Below are positions 21,882-35,733 of a stretch of 45,748 nucleotides of DNA, in pieces (position 1 is the first letter of the stretch; each line of letters opens with the position of its first letter). The position numbers and the translations under genes are program-made. The stretch comes from Diploschistes diacapsis (Eukaryota). The stretch is taken from positions 1-45,748 of the forward strand of contig JALAIB010000025.1 in the NCBI GenBank assembly GCA_023645945.1, written 5' to 3'. The notes beneath the pieces were generated by a model that did not search any database, was not told the DNA's origin, and worked only from the letters and a program-made list of their open reading frames with translations.

Positions 21882-24800
21882 TCATAACCTCGAGATTAGT
21901 TCAACCGGTTCCATCTTGATATTCTTCTCATGAGGACTAACGTGAATCATCCTCAGCTTCCACCAATCGCCCAAAGCCATATGCTTAACCATAGAATTAT
22001 GGCCATCGGGGTCATTCCTTAAAACCTGAAAAGTTCGATTGAGCTCTTTAAGCTTCCCTATAAACCCAAGCACTGTCTCCTCCAGCACAAAGCCTTCATA
22101 GAATTCTGGAAGAGTATCTGGGTATGTAGGCTCGTTAAAGTGATGCGCGCGCATCAGCAGTTGGTGGCACCAGGCAGTGTCGGCAGATACCTTGGCAACC
22201 TTGATGACACTTTCCCTGTGCGTGACGCGTTCCGCCATATTTTGAACTCGGGACTTAGAGAAGGGCATATTAGGCAAGTCCGTCTCGGTCAGGGGCCGCC
22301 CTAGCTTCGCCTCGTGCCGCAGTGCAGCCTCGATCTGCCAGTGAGCTACCATGTCTCCGTAGCGGCGAAGGGGAGAGGTAACTTTGGCGTAAGCGTCAGT
22401 CATTAGAGAGTTATGCCGAATACTTTGGGCTGCGGTCAGGCCCCTTTCATGCGCGCGTAGATAGTGCCAAGCAGCAAAGAATACAAGCTCTCCTTTTTGC
22501 CCTGGCAGTCTTGCTTCGTTCAAGCGGTCGGAGTGCTCCGGCACGATGACCCTATCTTGGATCACTGTGCCCCGATATATGATGGGGATACCTCGAGCCG
22601 CGCACCAGGAGGCCCCTATCTCACCAGCCAAGAGCATCACGTTGCTTACCAACGTAGTAGACCCTACTGATTCTTCGAACCAGTCTTTGTTTATCAGTCC
22701 AGGCTCGAACATCGACACCGCCATTTCGATGGTGGGATCACCCTCCACTCTTCTCAAAACTCGCCGCCATGGAAATTCCATCTGCGAGTAATGCACCTGG
22801 GCCTCCTGCATTCTGCTCATCCAGAGCGTAGAGGCCGTCCTCAAGTTCGAATGAGTCGATCCGTGTAAGGCCATTGATTGCTTCGTGCACCAGTCCCGCC
22901 TAGCTGCAGCTAATCTATGCAACATCTGTATTTTTTTAAACTGATCTGCTGTAAGAGAAGTGGCGAATTTCGACAAGTGCTCTGCGGAAACAAGCGGAGG
23001 GGCATGTCCAATGGTATATTTTGCGTGCGAAGGCGTTTCCTTATGTGAGTAGAGATACCGATAGGCGGTAGAGGGCTCCATTGAAGTAATATTATGTATT
23101 CTACTCGGTGTAATCCGAGTCTCAAGCAACTCGCCTTCAAGAGTAATCTTCGCGCTGAAAGTGAGGACCGGACGACCTGGGGCTAAAGAGAAATGCTTTT
23201 GGGTGATTTGCGGTGAGAGCATGTTGTAGACTTTGCCTGGGAAGTAAAGCGTCGCAGTAAGTTGCTCGGCATAAGCCGCTATCGGATGACCCGGGGCAAT
23301 GAACGCGGTGGGATTAGCTATATGAATATGAATCCAGTAACAGGAATTATCCCCTGGTATGGGCTCAAGAGAAAAGCCGTCATCGACCTCCCGTGTCCCA
23401 AATTGGTCGATACAGAAAACTTCCATTTCTCCCCAATCTTGGCGAAGATGGGCCATCGTATCGACTAATTCCCAGTTCCGTGCGCTCTCTGCCGCAGATA
23501 TCAAAAGCCTATCCGTCTGCATGTCGAGGTTCAGGCCTGGAAGGGCCAGCCGAGAGTCGAAACCTATCCGAGTCTCCCAAGGGGCAATTACACCGGCTTC
23601 TTGCAGCAATGTTAGCCCCAAGTTAGCATTCATGTCTCTGAAACGCTTCTCTTCGTAAAAACCAGTGGATCGCAAAATCATTGGCCCCAAGGACGCCAGT
23701 GGAGAACCTATGCGAGTAGATTTTCGGGCAGACCAAAATTCGAGGAACCGAAGTATCAAGGTTTCCGACGGCTGAGCTGCTCTGATTGGGATGCTGCGGA
23801 AAGTCACCTTGGTATCCGTTGGCTTGAGCTGAACAGTCGAAGGGCCAACACTACCGACAGGGCTAAGCTGTCTGAATGTTCTGCTCTTGTCGATTATGGG
23901 CTTAATTCTATCAGCAAAGTCTGCCAACACAGACTTTTTAGGAGTCTGGGGATGCATATGGTCAGATCCAGTACGCATCATGGAGATTTTGTACTCTTGA
24001 TGCTCTCTGACCCAATATCTTATCTGGTTTACAAGACTCATGTCTTGCCTCGATATGATCTCGTACGTGCCAGTCCTCCAATGGATTCTTGGTTCAGGGA
24101 GAAAGCCCAAATTATGCAGAATCAAATGCCGATGCATGGCCCAAGTAGTTGAAGGCGGGATATGATCAGAAGATCCTAATCCTAGTATACGTTTGGTGAT
24201 TTCGTTTATGTGCAACCAAGAGATGTCTCGTTCATGTGCCAGACTTTCGTATGCTGCATCGATTTTCTTAGCATGTATCCTGTACACCTCGTCCGCCTCA
24301 CGAATGAACTTGTTCATTTTTCGCAGTAGCGGTTGGCTCGCATGCTGCGGGACGACTGAAAAAGGATTGTTGAGTTGCATCAATTGTTCTTGAGCGACCT
24401 CCTTCGACGGCATATACGGCAGAACTGCCTTGAGATCGTCGGGATGGCAAAACTCGGATGCGTTGAAATAGAATGAAGTTTGCACAGCAGACACGTGAAC
24501 CCACCTCCCGAACTGGGTGAGTAATTGAATTTGGTGTGGGAAACGTTGCGTTAGAATACCAACAATGCATCGATTATCAACTCTATAACCAGGTTAGCAT
24601 ATCTAGATAAGAGTAGCAGTATCAAATTTGCAGACATGATCTCCAAAAGGTCTCCATGGTTCATCATAGCTTGCGCTCCACTCAGATCCAGCAGGTCATC
24701 GTCGAGAGAATTCTTAGTATCCAAATCAATGTCTCCTTCATCCGTCTCATTTATGGCAATTGAATGTGGCGCGCCTGCACCCAGTGAGGGTTGTGGTATA

Positions 24801-25722
24801 CCAAAAGCAGCCCGTATATTGGACTCTTCTCCATCATGTCTCTTTTGCCAAGAAGCAAGATAGTCGCGGATGTCTTCATTCTGTAGGCTTGGATACGGTG
24901 CAGCGGGAAGTTCGTCATTGTTGACCAAACCAACAGGCTGAACCCTTTCTGGGCTTGCATAGCGCTGGATTTATTAGAGACGATGTTTCGGTTCTAAACA
25001 AGCGTACCCACTGCTAGCAATGAAAAAGGCCTTCTCTGAAACCCATCAGACTGAGGCCTCTGCTTTGAAAGTTCTTCTGCATGCCGCTTCAATATAGGAC
25101 TTGATGGCGTAAGGCCGCTTTGATTGCTAGAGCGCAAAGTCTTCACAACTTTGGTCTGCTGCACAACAGCATTGCTAGCCTTAAGATCATCTTCAATCAA
25201 CCCAAGAAGGGTTTGGCGAAAGCACCAAGAGTCTGGATACGTCGGAGTACATTCTGGTTTTCCATAGGAATATTTCTCGCTAGTTTTCCCATGTTTGAGT
25301 TCAGTTGTCATTGACGTTCGGGCAGAGTGTGCCGTGGTCTGTTCCTCAACCCTTGTTTTACCACTGCCACCGTCTGGAACACCTCGTGGACTCGGTTTCC
25401 CGCCAGGGTCATGGTTGAAGGTTGGCGCTTGATGATATGTTACTCGTGGGCTCGGTATGGGAAGCTCAATAGCCTTTTTTGTAGGTGTACGTTCAATGAG
25501 GGCCTTGGGATTCTCGGCTACAGCATAGTGCTTGCGTATGCGTACTTTAGCATAGTGCTTAAATATGCGTACCCAAATATCCTTGGTTCCTCGGTTGTGG
25601 CTGCTGGTTTGACAGTACGACCTGTTTCGTGGTAGCACTTTATGCTCGAGGCTGAGAGTGCATCGCCAACAGACGCTGCGAAAGATCTGCCCCTTTGCAG
25701 GCGTCGAAGGGTAGCTTAACAT
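21882..25722 (-). CDS. cyt-4: Mitochondrial RNase II/RNB-family 3'-5' exoribonuclease (Cyt-4/Dss1)
   Basis: RNB motifs VFCIDQFGTREVDDGFS, HIHIANPT, TLYFP..MLS and KVTSPLRRYGDMVAHWQI. The N-terminus is basic and presequence-like with CWRC. Three exons: ~25722-25008, ~24964-24636 and ~24582-21882. Confidence 0.88.
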
Positions 25723-25982
25723 TGAGCGTCCTCAGCATTCTAGGCAGGCAAACCTGCCGAAAAGCTTGTCATCAGTTACAGTGGAAGTCGGTTACCTACA
25801 ATTTCCTCGCGTCCTCACGCGACCACGGTACAAAAAATTTCTTATTTCCGGCCCAAAACCCGTTTTTATCACTGGACCGCAACAATTACAACTCCCTTTT
25901 ACCCTCTTCAACTCCCCACGGCTCTCTCGCATTACAGTATACCATTCACCAAACCGAACGCAAAAAACAAAGACACTTCACC

Positions 25983-26409
25983 ATGCCACCGAAGCGCACC
26001 CAACCCCAATCCACAATCCGCGGGCCCGGCCGCAGCCTGCAGCAGCCGAGCTTCCTGCAGAGCGCATACCGTGAGCTCACGGCGGCGGAGAACCAGAGCG
26101 TGATTCGGAGCGTTGCAATATTCGGCGTAAGTTGAACTCCCCACCTCGGGACCCCGATGCGGGATGGAAATGCGCTGGGCGGCGGTAGCACGTTGTGTCG
26201 GGCAGTTTCGCTGGAGGATGGGGAGGCGGCACTTCTATGGGCAGTTTTGGCTAATGTGTGTCTACAGACCGCAGTGGCTTTTTTTGCGTCTAGTTGGAGC
26301 GACTATCTTTTGCCGCCGTAGGTTTGTCCTGCCCTGGTGCTGATCGGTTGTGCTGCGTGTCCTATACGTGACCGTTATGCTAATTCTTGGGTGGCTTCGC
26401 AGGGCCTAA
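25983..26409 (+). CDS. TOM6: Mitochondrial outer-membrane translocase small subunit Tom6
   Basis: Exons 25983-26126, 26268-26317 and 26403-26409 give MPPKR...SFLQSAYRELTAAENQSVIRSVAIFG|TAVAFFASSWSDYLLPP|A*, the pattern typical of Pezizomycotina Tom6. Not fully captured by the ORF track. Confidence 0.8.
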
Positions 26410-27061
26410 CCCTTGAGGTATAAGCGATTGCGGTAGAACAGGGGTGAGGTTTTATATGATTTCCAGATACAGGGAACTAGCGAAGTAGCTGGGACGCCGC
26501 TCCACTTCTCTCCTCGGATAAGCATTCAGTGGAGTTTCTGCCTTGCGCCTTTTGGGTCCAATTGTCGACTTTGTCAGACAGATGGACCCTATCTCGTGTG
26601 ATAGTAGCATGGAATATGCGAGGCAAGATACCGCAGCGAGATTAAATGGGATAAATACATTGTTAAAAGGGCACAGCTTAACAGCTTGCCGATTATCTGC
26701 CTTAGCTAATACCTAATACTTTGTCCCCCGCTAATATTGTCAAATGAAAGACCAAATGGCCGTTACCATATGGACTTCTATCAGACCAATCAATCTGAGA
26801 TCGAAATGCCAGCTGAGCCATCAAGTCATTACAGGTCATGAATGCTGCGAACGAAATGGTTGAAGGATGCTGTTTCTCTTCCATGTGGCCGAAGAGACTA
26901 TAGTTGTCAAAGTCATCGCATACCGACTGATCGAACCCGCCATCGACTCTTCTTCTGCTGCTTGCTTTTGGACAATAAGAAAGGATATGGTCTGGACTCT
27001 TCAGCGTTCCGGGCATTCTCGTCCATAAATTACCTCAGAGAATTGTGGTGAGAAGCTCATA

Positions 27062-30000
27062 TTACCAAGATCCCGCATTTGGCCATACCCATCTCACATC
27101 ATCCTGTTGCCCAAAGGCGTTTAGGTCTGTCATCAAACAGTCCGTATTCTCTATTCCATGGTCGGCATCGAATGGCCAAGATGGCGTTTGCGGCTGCGTA
27201 ATTGGCTGGCCCCCACAAAAGGATGGCTGACCATCCGTCACCATAGCTAAAGTTCCTTGGCCTAGCATTGGGCTCACAGGATGCGAGGCGGAAGGAGTAT
27301 GCAAAGACGAAGGAATGGAGTTAGTGTAGATGGAGGGAGGGTAGGAGTGGCTTGAAAGCGAGGGGGGCTGTGAAGGATAGTTTATCGGACAAGGTCGGGT
27401 GGTGGGACTTGCGAGGGCATTGAACGGCTGCATGTCCACAGTTGAAGTTGACGCAAGCGATATCTGGCGGTCTAGGTAGAACTGGTCCAATACGCAAGCG
27501 TCTGCGGCGGACACTGACGCAGAAGTCAGTGGACGATATGGGTATGACAAGTCGGTTGTAACAGGAGACAGTAAGGAAGCCGTGTTAGGAGATTTGATAC
27601 TGAGTTGGGCAGTCAGGTCGTCTCCAGCTGTACTTGGACGTTTGCATTCGTTGTTAGCGTACAGAGGACTGGGGCCAACTCTATTGCGAGCTTCGAGCGC
27701 ACTAGAAGAGCTTGCAGGCACCCCTGTGGCAGGTGAGAGTGACTGCTTGTTTCGGCATTTTCGTAGAGCGCTGCCTTTTGTTCCCTTATTAGCAGAGCTT
27801 AGGGCGCTCAGTCTCGCTTTTTTGATTGGAGTAGAGTTTGTGGGTTCGTCCTTTGCATGTCCTTTGCGGCTTGCCGTGCGATTTGACTTCACGTTGTTGG
27901 CAATACCTTTAGATTCTAGATCAGAATAGGTTGTTGATGAGCGTAATCCTGCTGTACGATAGCTGGAAACAGAATCGCCATTAGGACCCTGTGTGTCCAT
28001 TGATTTAGGCTCGACTTGATTTCCGCACAAGCGAGCTCGCAGATTCTCCGCTGCAGTTTTAGCAAGATCGTGAATCCCCAGCTGGTGGATCTGTGAAAGA
28101 TTATGATACGTTTCCATCAGACGAGATCTGTCATCGATTTCGCAGGCTCTGGGCGACGAACTTGCAAGAATGATAGCTGCATTGTACGCTTGCTGGCATG
28201 CCGACCAGTTGATCCATCCTCGTCTTTGTCGACTGCTGAAATATTGAAACGATGCTAGAATCTCTCGGCACGATCGAAGGGTACTCTTGTTCACTTGGGG
28301 TTCAGACCCTGGCTGAGGGAAACCTGTGGAAACGATATCGAAATTCTGACGGGTAGAAATTGGTCCGTTTTGTCTTTGTTTGTTCAAAAAGATAATGTAG
28401 TTGTGAACTTGCTGATGTAGCGAGACAGCCTGCGCATCCACGGGCCAAGGAGGTGTCGTACTTCCAGGTTCCAACCATCTCGTGCTGAAGCGAATGGTGA
28501 TCGGGATAGAATCAAGCAAAGACGTCAAACGATGCGTGTAGTCGTCAAGACGTGTCTTACACAAATCTGTATTCGTGAGAATTTCTCGAGTCAAGTTATT
28601 GAAACGGAAATAGCAGCCGATAAGCCTCTGTGTAGAGACATGAAAACATGAAACCTCTGGCGGGGAGCAGTTGCCTGTAATGGATATAGCAAGAGGACGA
28701 TTAAGCGTTATTGAGTAGTGCTGATCTGTCTGGAGTATCCACCACCAGAGTGCACGCCGTAAATTCCATTCCGACTTTGGCCGGCTCGGATGCACTGCCA
28801 ACGGATCACGGTGTACTGCAATATTTTAGGAGTTAGGCCATAACAATGGGGACATGTTGAATACGAACGTTCAAGAACCTGTGACAGCCTGACAATAACA
28901 CCGAAAAGAGCCCACGAATCTAAGAATTTGCCAGAATTTGTGAGGTATGAGCATATCAAGGTCAAAGTCTGAATGATCAATAGTGTTGGCTTGTTGAGGA
29001 AAGAGGCGAGACGAAGAGCTTGCATAGAGGCAGCAACTTTGGTGGTTAGACACCGCCGACCCACATTGAGTTAGGACTTACGGTACACCTTCCCCTCCTT
29101 CGCATTATCTTCCACGACTTCGGCGATCCACTGCTCGTTGGAGCGGTCGTATAGGTCATGCTGAGTGCTCTGAGCGAGGATGGCGAATAGAAAAGCCAAT
29201 GCATCCATGTGTCGCACTGCGCTCTGTTCAATATCCATCAAAAAATGATCAAGGTTCAAGTCAGAGTACTCTGCAATGAGTATTGGGAAGGAGCAGGCCT
29301 GCGAATAGCTGCAAAAAAGCCGGTAGCTTGCAAAGACCTCCCGAGTGTCTGGTAACATTTGCGTGAGTCCAGCCGGGCCCTCATCCACTGTCCAAAAGCT
29401 TGCGAAGGGATACGTAGACGATGACTTGAACTTGTTTGCTATGATCGCAGAAGGCGGCGAATTGGACGTTTCATTGTTGGCTGCTTGAATATGCAACTCG
29501 GAAAACTGGGACGAGATGAGCATACACTAAGAGATGGGATATCAAAACATGCATTTCTTATGACTCCTGATACTGTACCTGCCTTGTTGGACACGTTCTT
29601 AACGGCGATCCCGTCCTCCGCAAGACGCTTGTTCTTGACAACACCCTGTCCTTTGGGGCTCTTGGTTTCAGAAACAGACTTTCGCCTTCTGTGAGGATCT
29701 CCAAGTGCTTCAGGCCTTTTTTGTCCGGAAGAGTGAGCCCCGAGGGAAGCAATCTCGAGCCGAAGCCTTGCGATCTCCTTGTCCTTCTCTCTGAGAGCTT
29801 CAGCCTGTAGTATTGGGTGACGTTCAGATTCGCTGAGATCGTAAACACAATCCCCTGCTACCTGGTGTAAGGAACAGGCCGTGCATGGCTGAATTCGGTC
29901 ACACTGGGAAAACAATTAGATCTAGAACATTTGAGGCTTGCAAAAGGCCAAGTACCTTCACTTTTCTAGTACGGCACGCGTTACAGGACAACTGAGGCCT

Positions 30001-30093
30001 TTTCGATTTTTCGCGTGCTGAGGAGCCCTGCCCCATGACTGCTTCCAGTGGGCGGGAACTTTGGGAGGAGGTTCTGGGGCTGTGTAGATCCAT
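27062..30093 (-). CDS. Zn(II)2Cys6 transcription factor with Fungal_trans domain, multi-exon
   Basis: RPQLSCNACRTRKVK|CDRIQPCTACSLHQVAGDC zinc cluster split by intron 29955-29904. Also LRLASFLNKPTLLIIQTL, SWALFG and RRALWWWILQTDQHYSITLNRPL. Long Ser/Pro-rich C-terminus. Confidence 0.88.
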
Positions 30094-33000
30094 TCCAAAA
30101 TTCGATGGATACTGAGGGTGCTCCTTTTAATGAAGCCGAAATCCTAGTGGTGACGCGCAAAGCGGAAAACCGAAAGGCAACAGGTGGGCTACGGTTGTCC
30201 TAGAATTCATGTACTCAAGGCGATGTGAAAAGGGTTACCTTTTCTGGTGAACTGTCGGAAACGGCGAGGATCAGATGGATAGATGCAAGGATGGGGCAAT
30301 CCATAAAGTATTCAAGGAAAAGTATGCTGAAAACGATTCGATTTTGTTCCTTCCAGCAAATATGCCAACCGTTTACAACAACGCCTAATAGGTGACAGGG
30401 AACACGATCGAGGTCGCTTGCATATCAATCTGCACAAGGTGCCAATCATTCTAGAATTGTCTCAACTTGATAGCGGTACGCTGACTCGTGAATGACAAGA
30501 TGGAATCAAGCGGCGACAGGAATAGAAATCTCGGCGACCTCGTCCAAAAATAATGTTTGTGAATTGCTTGGAAGGGGTTCAAATAATATGACAACAAACT
30601 AGACGAGAATGTGGCTTGCAGAAGGATATGAATCGAGGTCAAGAAGCAGGGTGTAGTAACATATGACAAGGTGCAGAAGCCTGAGCTCGCGCTGTCCACC
30701 TTCTAGCAGCAATCTAGAGAGATCTGCATAGCGCGTGGAAAGGAGGATATTGTGTTCAATAGATTGTTGTGCAACGGAGCTGGTCCCCCAATACCGAGCT
30801 ACATTTCAAGTGTTACCAGCGGCCCGGCCAAGTATGATTACTTTCAAGCACACTCGAGCTCCTCTAGCTGAATAGCTGCAGATATCAAGGGCGAAATGGA
30901 TCTGGCATTAGCTTCCATATCATCTTGCTTGTGTTTCAAGTGTCGAGTAGCAGATCAGAAAGCCAGAACCACACCCAAAGCGGATCATGCAATGGTAAAT
31001 CATGCAAAGTTTATCTCAAGCATGGCCAGCGCAACCCCATGTGCGTCGAGAAACTGCTTGTTGTTGCGATTACAACAAGCAGCATAGGATAGGAATGTCG
31101 AGGGTGCAGTCCTCGGCAAGGATCAGGAACCGTTATCCAGGGGTAGGCAGGAGCTGCTGAGGGAGAGCCACGATATACCTCTGTCGGGCGGTGTCGAGTT
31201 TGTTTGGTGAGGCCTCGTGAGAGCTCCTAGGTAGAATAGAGGGCTGTGGGACTACCACCAGGTGTGGTAACCCCTTTGTTGAGATGCCATGGCTAGGTCC
31301 AGCCGCGGTACTTTTCTGAGCATGACAGCCTTGACAGATTGAGGTTGTCGAGGGTTTGATGAAGGCATCAATTAGAGAGCGGGTGGTGCACGTAGGGAGG
31401 AAGACAGAATCACAATGAGAGAGAAGTCGTTTCGTTGTTGTTCGTTCTGCTTTGTTTTTTTGTGGTCGGCAGACTAACCCTACTACGATTAGCGCTTGTC
31501 GTAAGCAGGGATCTGGCGGCTAGATGTGGTGACAGGGATGCTTCATATCGCGGTGATGCCGGTCCACATATCACATATGTACCTAATGAACGTGAACTTT
31601 AATGTTGGATTCTGGTTATTTGGAATTCTATCCTTGTAACTGCATGTCGAACAGCTTCATCTACGCATAGCAGAGGTACTGGGCCAACGCATCATCATAC
31701 AACGTACCTACCTATACTTCCCTGTCTGACTTGTCAAATTGTCATTACAGCCTTCGCTCCCTAGATCTTATGTGCAAACAGCTCACCAAAATGCTACCTT
31801 GACTGATCACATTGCGCAATACTAGGTATGATACTTGCCTACCAGATTCTGTCAAGTCACGCCATTTACGGTATACGGTGTTGGCCTTTTCCCGGTCTAT
31901 GACCTGTCACAGGGTGCGGAAATCCCTTCCCGCTGTTGCACTAGGTGACGGGTTCATCGCTCACCCAAAGAGCAAATGGCCAAATCCAATCAGTGGATAT
32001 GGCGGTCTCCAGGACTTGGGACGAACGGCAGACAGCCCCTGTTCCCTACAGCGCCGCCCAGTTACCGTCCTGCTGGTTTACTTGCATGTGCTGGAACCCG
32101 GTACCCGGATTGAGTCGAGATAACTGTGGTCATGTTGCGGAACCCTTCAAGATGGGTTCCCCGGTGATCGTGGAGACGTTGGAAAGACCAACACTCTCTC
32201 GAGCGGCTCCAGAGCAAAGCCCCAACGAAGAGAAGCTATGACTTCATGTCCTCGTTGAAGATCTGCGTTCTAGCAAGAGGCTGTTGTTGTTTTACGATCC
32301 CTTTAGGCATTAGTAGTGAAGGACTTATCGCTGAAGTGTCTACGGAGAAATTCTATGGGCTCTTATCAGCAACCGACTAAAGAAAGGCCCTTGTGTTCAA
32401 ACGAGTGCTAAGGTATGAGGTTTATCCATGATATCAGGCACTCGCTGGGATCAATGCTTCTACTTTGAATGATGGATATCAAAGCCTTCATACTGGAAAG
32501 GCTTTTGATGTCCAACAAAATACCTTGGCACTGCAAGCAGTGTCCTTTGAAAGCCTGTTAGCACCCTCTTGAGTATCATGTACGATAGTGAAGCCCCAGG
32601 TAGCAAGTAATGCTGCATGTAATGATATCCAGGCATCGCTGAGCATCAGCTGAGCGAAGACTATTAAGTGTTCTTGTCAATGTGGAAAATACTTGATTTG
32701 GGGAACCACACCGAAGTTGCTCACACAAAGACAAGGGATAATCATGCTTGAAGCTGGCAGGTACTCTCCAGCTTGCCGAAAAGCTTCATTGGTAGCCCAT
32801 ATTTGTGACGGCGTCGTCATTGACCAATCGCAAGCCAAAATACCTGATATTTATAACTGAGGAGATCGACAGCGGCTTACAGTAGGTCTTATATACTCAC
32901 ACTTAACAGTGTTCTTCGGGATTCACGAAACAACCATCATGCCCTCGAAGGGCGTCCCGAGGCTTACTTTCATGGAAAGATCGGACGCTCACTAAAAATT

Positions 33001-34353
33001 GACGTTGCGCATTTTTTGTGGAGGCGTTAAGCGACTGCTTGATGGATATGCAGATCTTGGACGGAGTTGCGGATGATTGGACACCAAATAGGTCATATTG
33101 TTCCTATCCCTGGGCAGGACGGGCTAAACCGGTTACACAAGGTGGCGGGCTTGCCTTCATGGCATCGCCAACACTTATCTATTGGAATCCTGGGTGCTCT
33201 TGAATGGCACACTGGAAGTCTGGTGGCGTGCATGAGCGTAAGGGCTCACTCATCCGATGTTTCCTGTGATTCTCGCAAGGAAGATGGTGCCATGGCTGAC
33301 GTCCTCCTTACGGTCGATCCTTGGACTACCTTCCAGATAAGGTACCAAGCTGTGACTGTCTCCAGAGTGACCAGGGCCGTACCGGGGAGAATGACTAGTT
33401 CCCACATGCCGTGTACTACGCTGGTGCAACGTCAACCTCTGTTGTTAAGTAACCCTCTTGCGTGCCAATGCCAGCATTCCAAAATCAATGTGGACACAAG
33501 CCATGCTTGAGCGAATCAAAGACACATATAGAGGCATTGACCATGATAGCTAAGATGCCCCCTTTTGTGCATTGAGTTTGCATTGGAAAATTGGACAATC
33601 CATCAACTTCCTCCGTCTCATTCGCGGAAAGAGTGGAAACAGGGGGGGTTGCTAGGACGAGAGCCAAAATTTGGATAACGGAAACAACAAGTGCAGTCAT
33701 GTGCCGTAAGGTTCAATTGGCGAACACCATTGATGAGTATGATAATTTATCATGGTATTCAACAGGCCAAGGCCACAAGAATATATGATGGAAGCACGTC
33801 CTAACATTTTATGCCTGTGAACCAAGAGACGGTAAGACTTTCGAAGACCACTTGTCAGCAGTCTAAAATAGAGCAAAGACCGTCAAAGTGCCATTCCAGG
33901 ATTTCACTCTTACTCACTGTTCTACCCATCACCAGAGTGAGGTGCTGCAGCGGTATGTTGAAAGCTGAGAACCTATCTATATAAATGGATTGACAGGTGC
34001 GGCCACAACCAGAGCCTCGCGGTGTAATTGATGGACTTCAGGTTCCGATCAAACATGCCGGGCAAAGTGGGGCATACACAGAATTAGGTAGATACTCCCT
34101 GAAGAGTTGAGCAGAGAAAGCGTTCTTGCTTTACTATGTCTCTACAGTCCGTCAGTTTGGAAACTCAGATTTGGTATTGGTGACTCGAAATCGTCTCTGC
34201 TGTTAGAGTATCTATGTTAGCGGGTCCCCTGACCATCGTAGGTATTTATCTGTTTTGGGACTAAAGCCTCAAGCAAAGGCAGGTACAAAGTATATGGTAG
34301 GTTGGTGGCAGAGTTCAGGGGAGAATTCCCTCATTACCACCGAAGTCGAGATC

Positions 34354-35733
34354 ATGGTCCCCAAATATAACATTCCACGTATCAGGGCAGTGAAGACCTT
34401 CATCACTGAAGGTGTTGGCTCCGGTGGTGGCTATCACAATGTGAGAACAAATCTCATTAGCAAGCCACCGTGACAAAGCTAAAAGTAACAGGTTGAAGGT
34501 AGCCACTGGCTTGTTGGTAGCAAGATATTGACGTCCATGTCGAGATGGGACAAGTATCGCATGTCACGGACGAGCTGGGGATCAGCGATCTGGGTTCCTT
34601 CTGCGTAGAGATAGAGGCTGCAGGTGGAACCAAGGGGTTTGATACTGTGTTTCGAGGACCTTCGGCATGCTGGCTCGTTGTACAGCACTTTGAAAGGGTT
34701 CTTCTTAGCGCAGTATCTCACGATGATCCCACCCTGCGGTCAAAGTACATGCTAATGTCCCTCAGACCCACGAGATACTAATAAACTTCATGACCAGATG
34801 TCCAGGGAATCCATATATTGTGGTCGTAAGGGAATCCCTGTGGCTGTGATCAGTGTCGTCGACCTCGCGGTATAGGACGTATTAGGTAAGATGCGGAACG
34901 AACCAGTGTACAAGATGATAGGTGCTGCAACCCGTGAGAGGCTTCACTTCTACTGCACAGGTCCGGAGCCGGGACACGCCAAAGAAGCTGGTTTTGTAGG
35001 TGCAAAAGTAGCCTTACCGTACGGTCCCGAGGAAGGTAATGAAGGCTTGAAGAACAACATTGAATATCTGAAGGCTCAAAGGGCCAAGATCGAACCAGAC
35101 TTTCCATTGCGAGTTGACTGCTACATGAGTCTCAATGTCTCCTATACAACAGAGCTAGACAAAACCTGCAAAAGCCTCAACATCGACTGTTGGGAAGAAT
35201 GCTTGTCACTAGATGACTTGAACGATTGGAACAGATAAAGAGAGCGCACCCGACGGTCAAGCTTACCACAAGCGAGCATGAGTACTCCCGATATGGCTTT
35301 CGCGAGCTCATCAAGGGTCGCAATATTGGCATATTGCAACCGGATGTTATGTGGGTAGGAAGCATGACTGAGCTTCTCAGGGTGTCGGCCATGGCTTCTG
35401 TGAATGACACCTGTTTGTACCGCACACAAGCCGCCTTTATAGCTCTCTCTTCGTGGTTTCTCAGGTCAATGCGCTGTTCCAGGAGTGTTTGGCAAATTCT
35501 CCTGACAGAAAGTCTGTTCTTCCAGTTTTGGAGATCTTTTTCTCAATAAGCCCATCCCGATCAAGAGCTATTTAGATATTGATATCCTGGACCGCCCAGG
35601 GTTCGGCCCTCCATCTCAATCCTGCGCGAGATTGCTTCCAGCGAGCAGTATTTTCGCTCCACCGCCTAAGAAGGCCTTGACAACCGATGCCACAGAAGAG
35701 CCTCGAGGAGAGAAAGAGCCTCCTCAAACTTGA
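34354..35733 (+). pseudogene. LRA3: L-rhamnonate dehydratase (enolase superfamily) pseudogene
   Basis: GVGSGGGYHN, HWL, SRTSWGI, ISVVDLA, EPVYKMIG, FYCTGP, LRVDCYMSL, WEECL, EHEYSRYGF and LQPDVMW. In-frame TAG at 34873-34875 where Trp is expected (DLAV*DVLGK), a frameshift at ~35226, and further disruption after ~35405. Confidence 0.88.

Noticed and set aside
34045..34061. CCG-N11-CGG upstream of LRA3 as a RhaR/Zn2Cys6 site
   Set aside because: A single everted triplet pair is expected by chance, and the orientation differs from the CGG-N11-CCG type.
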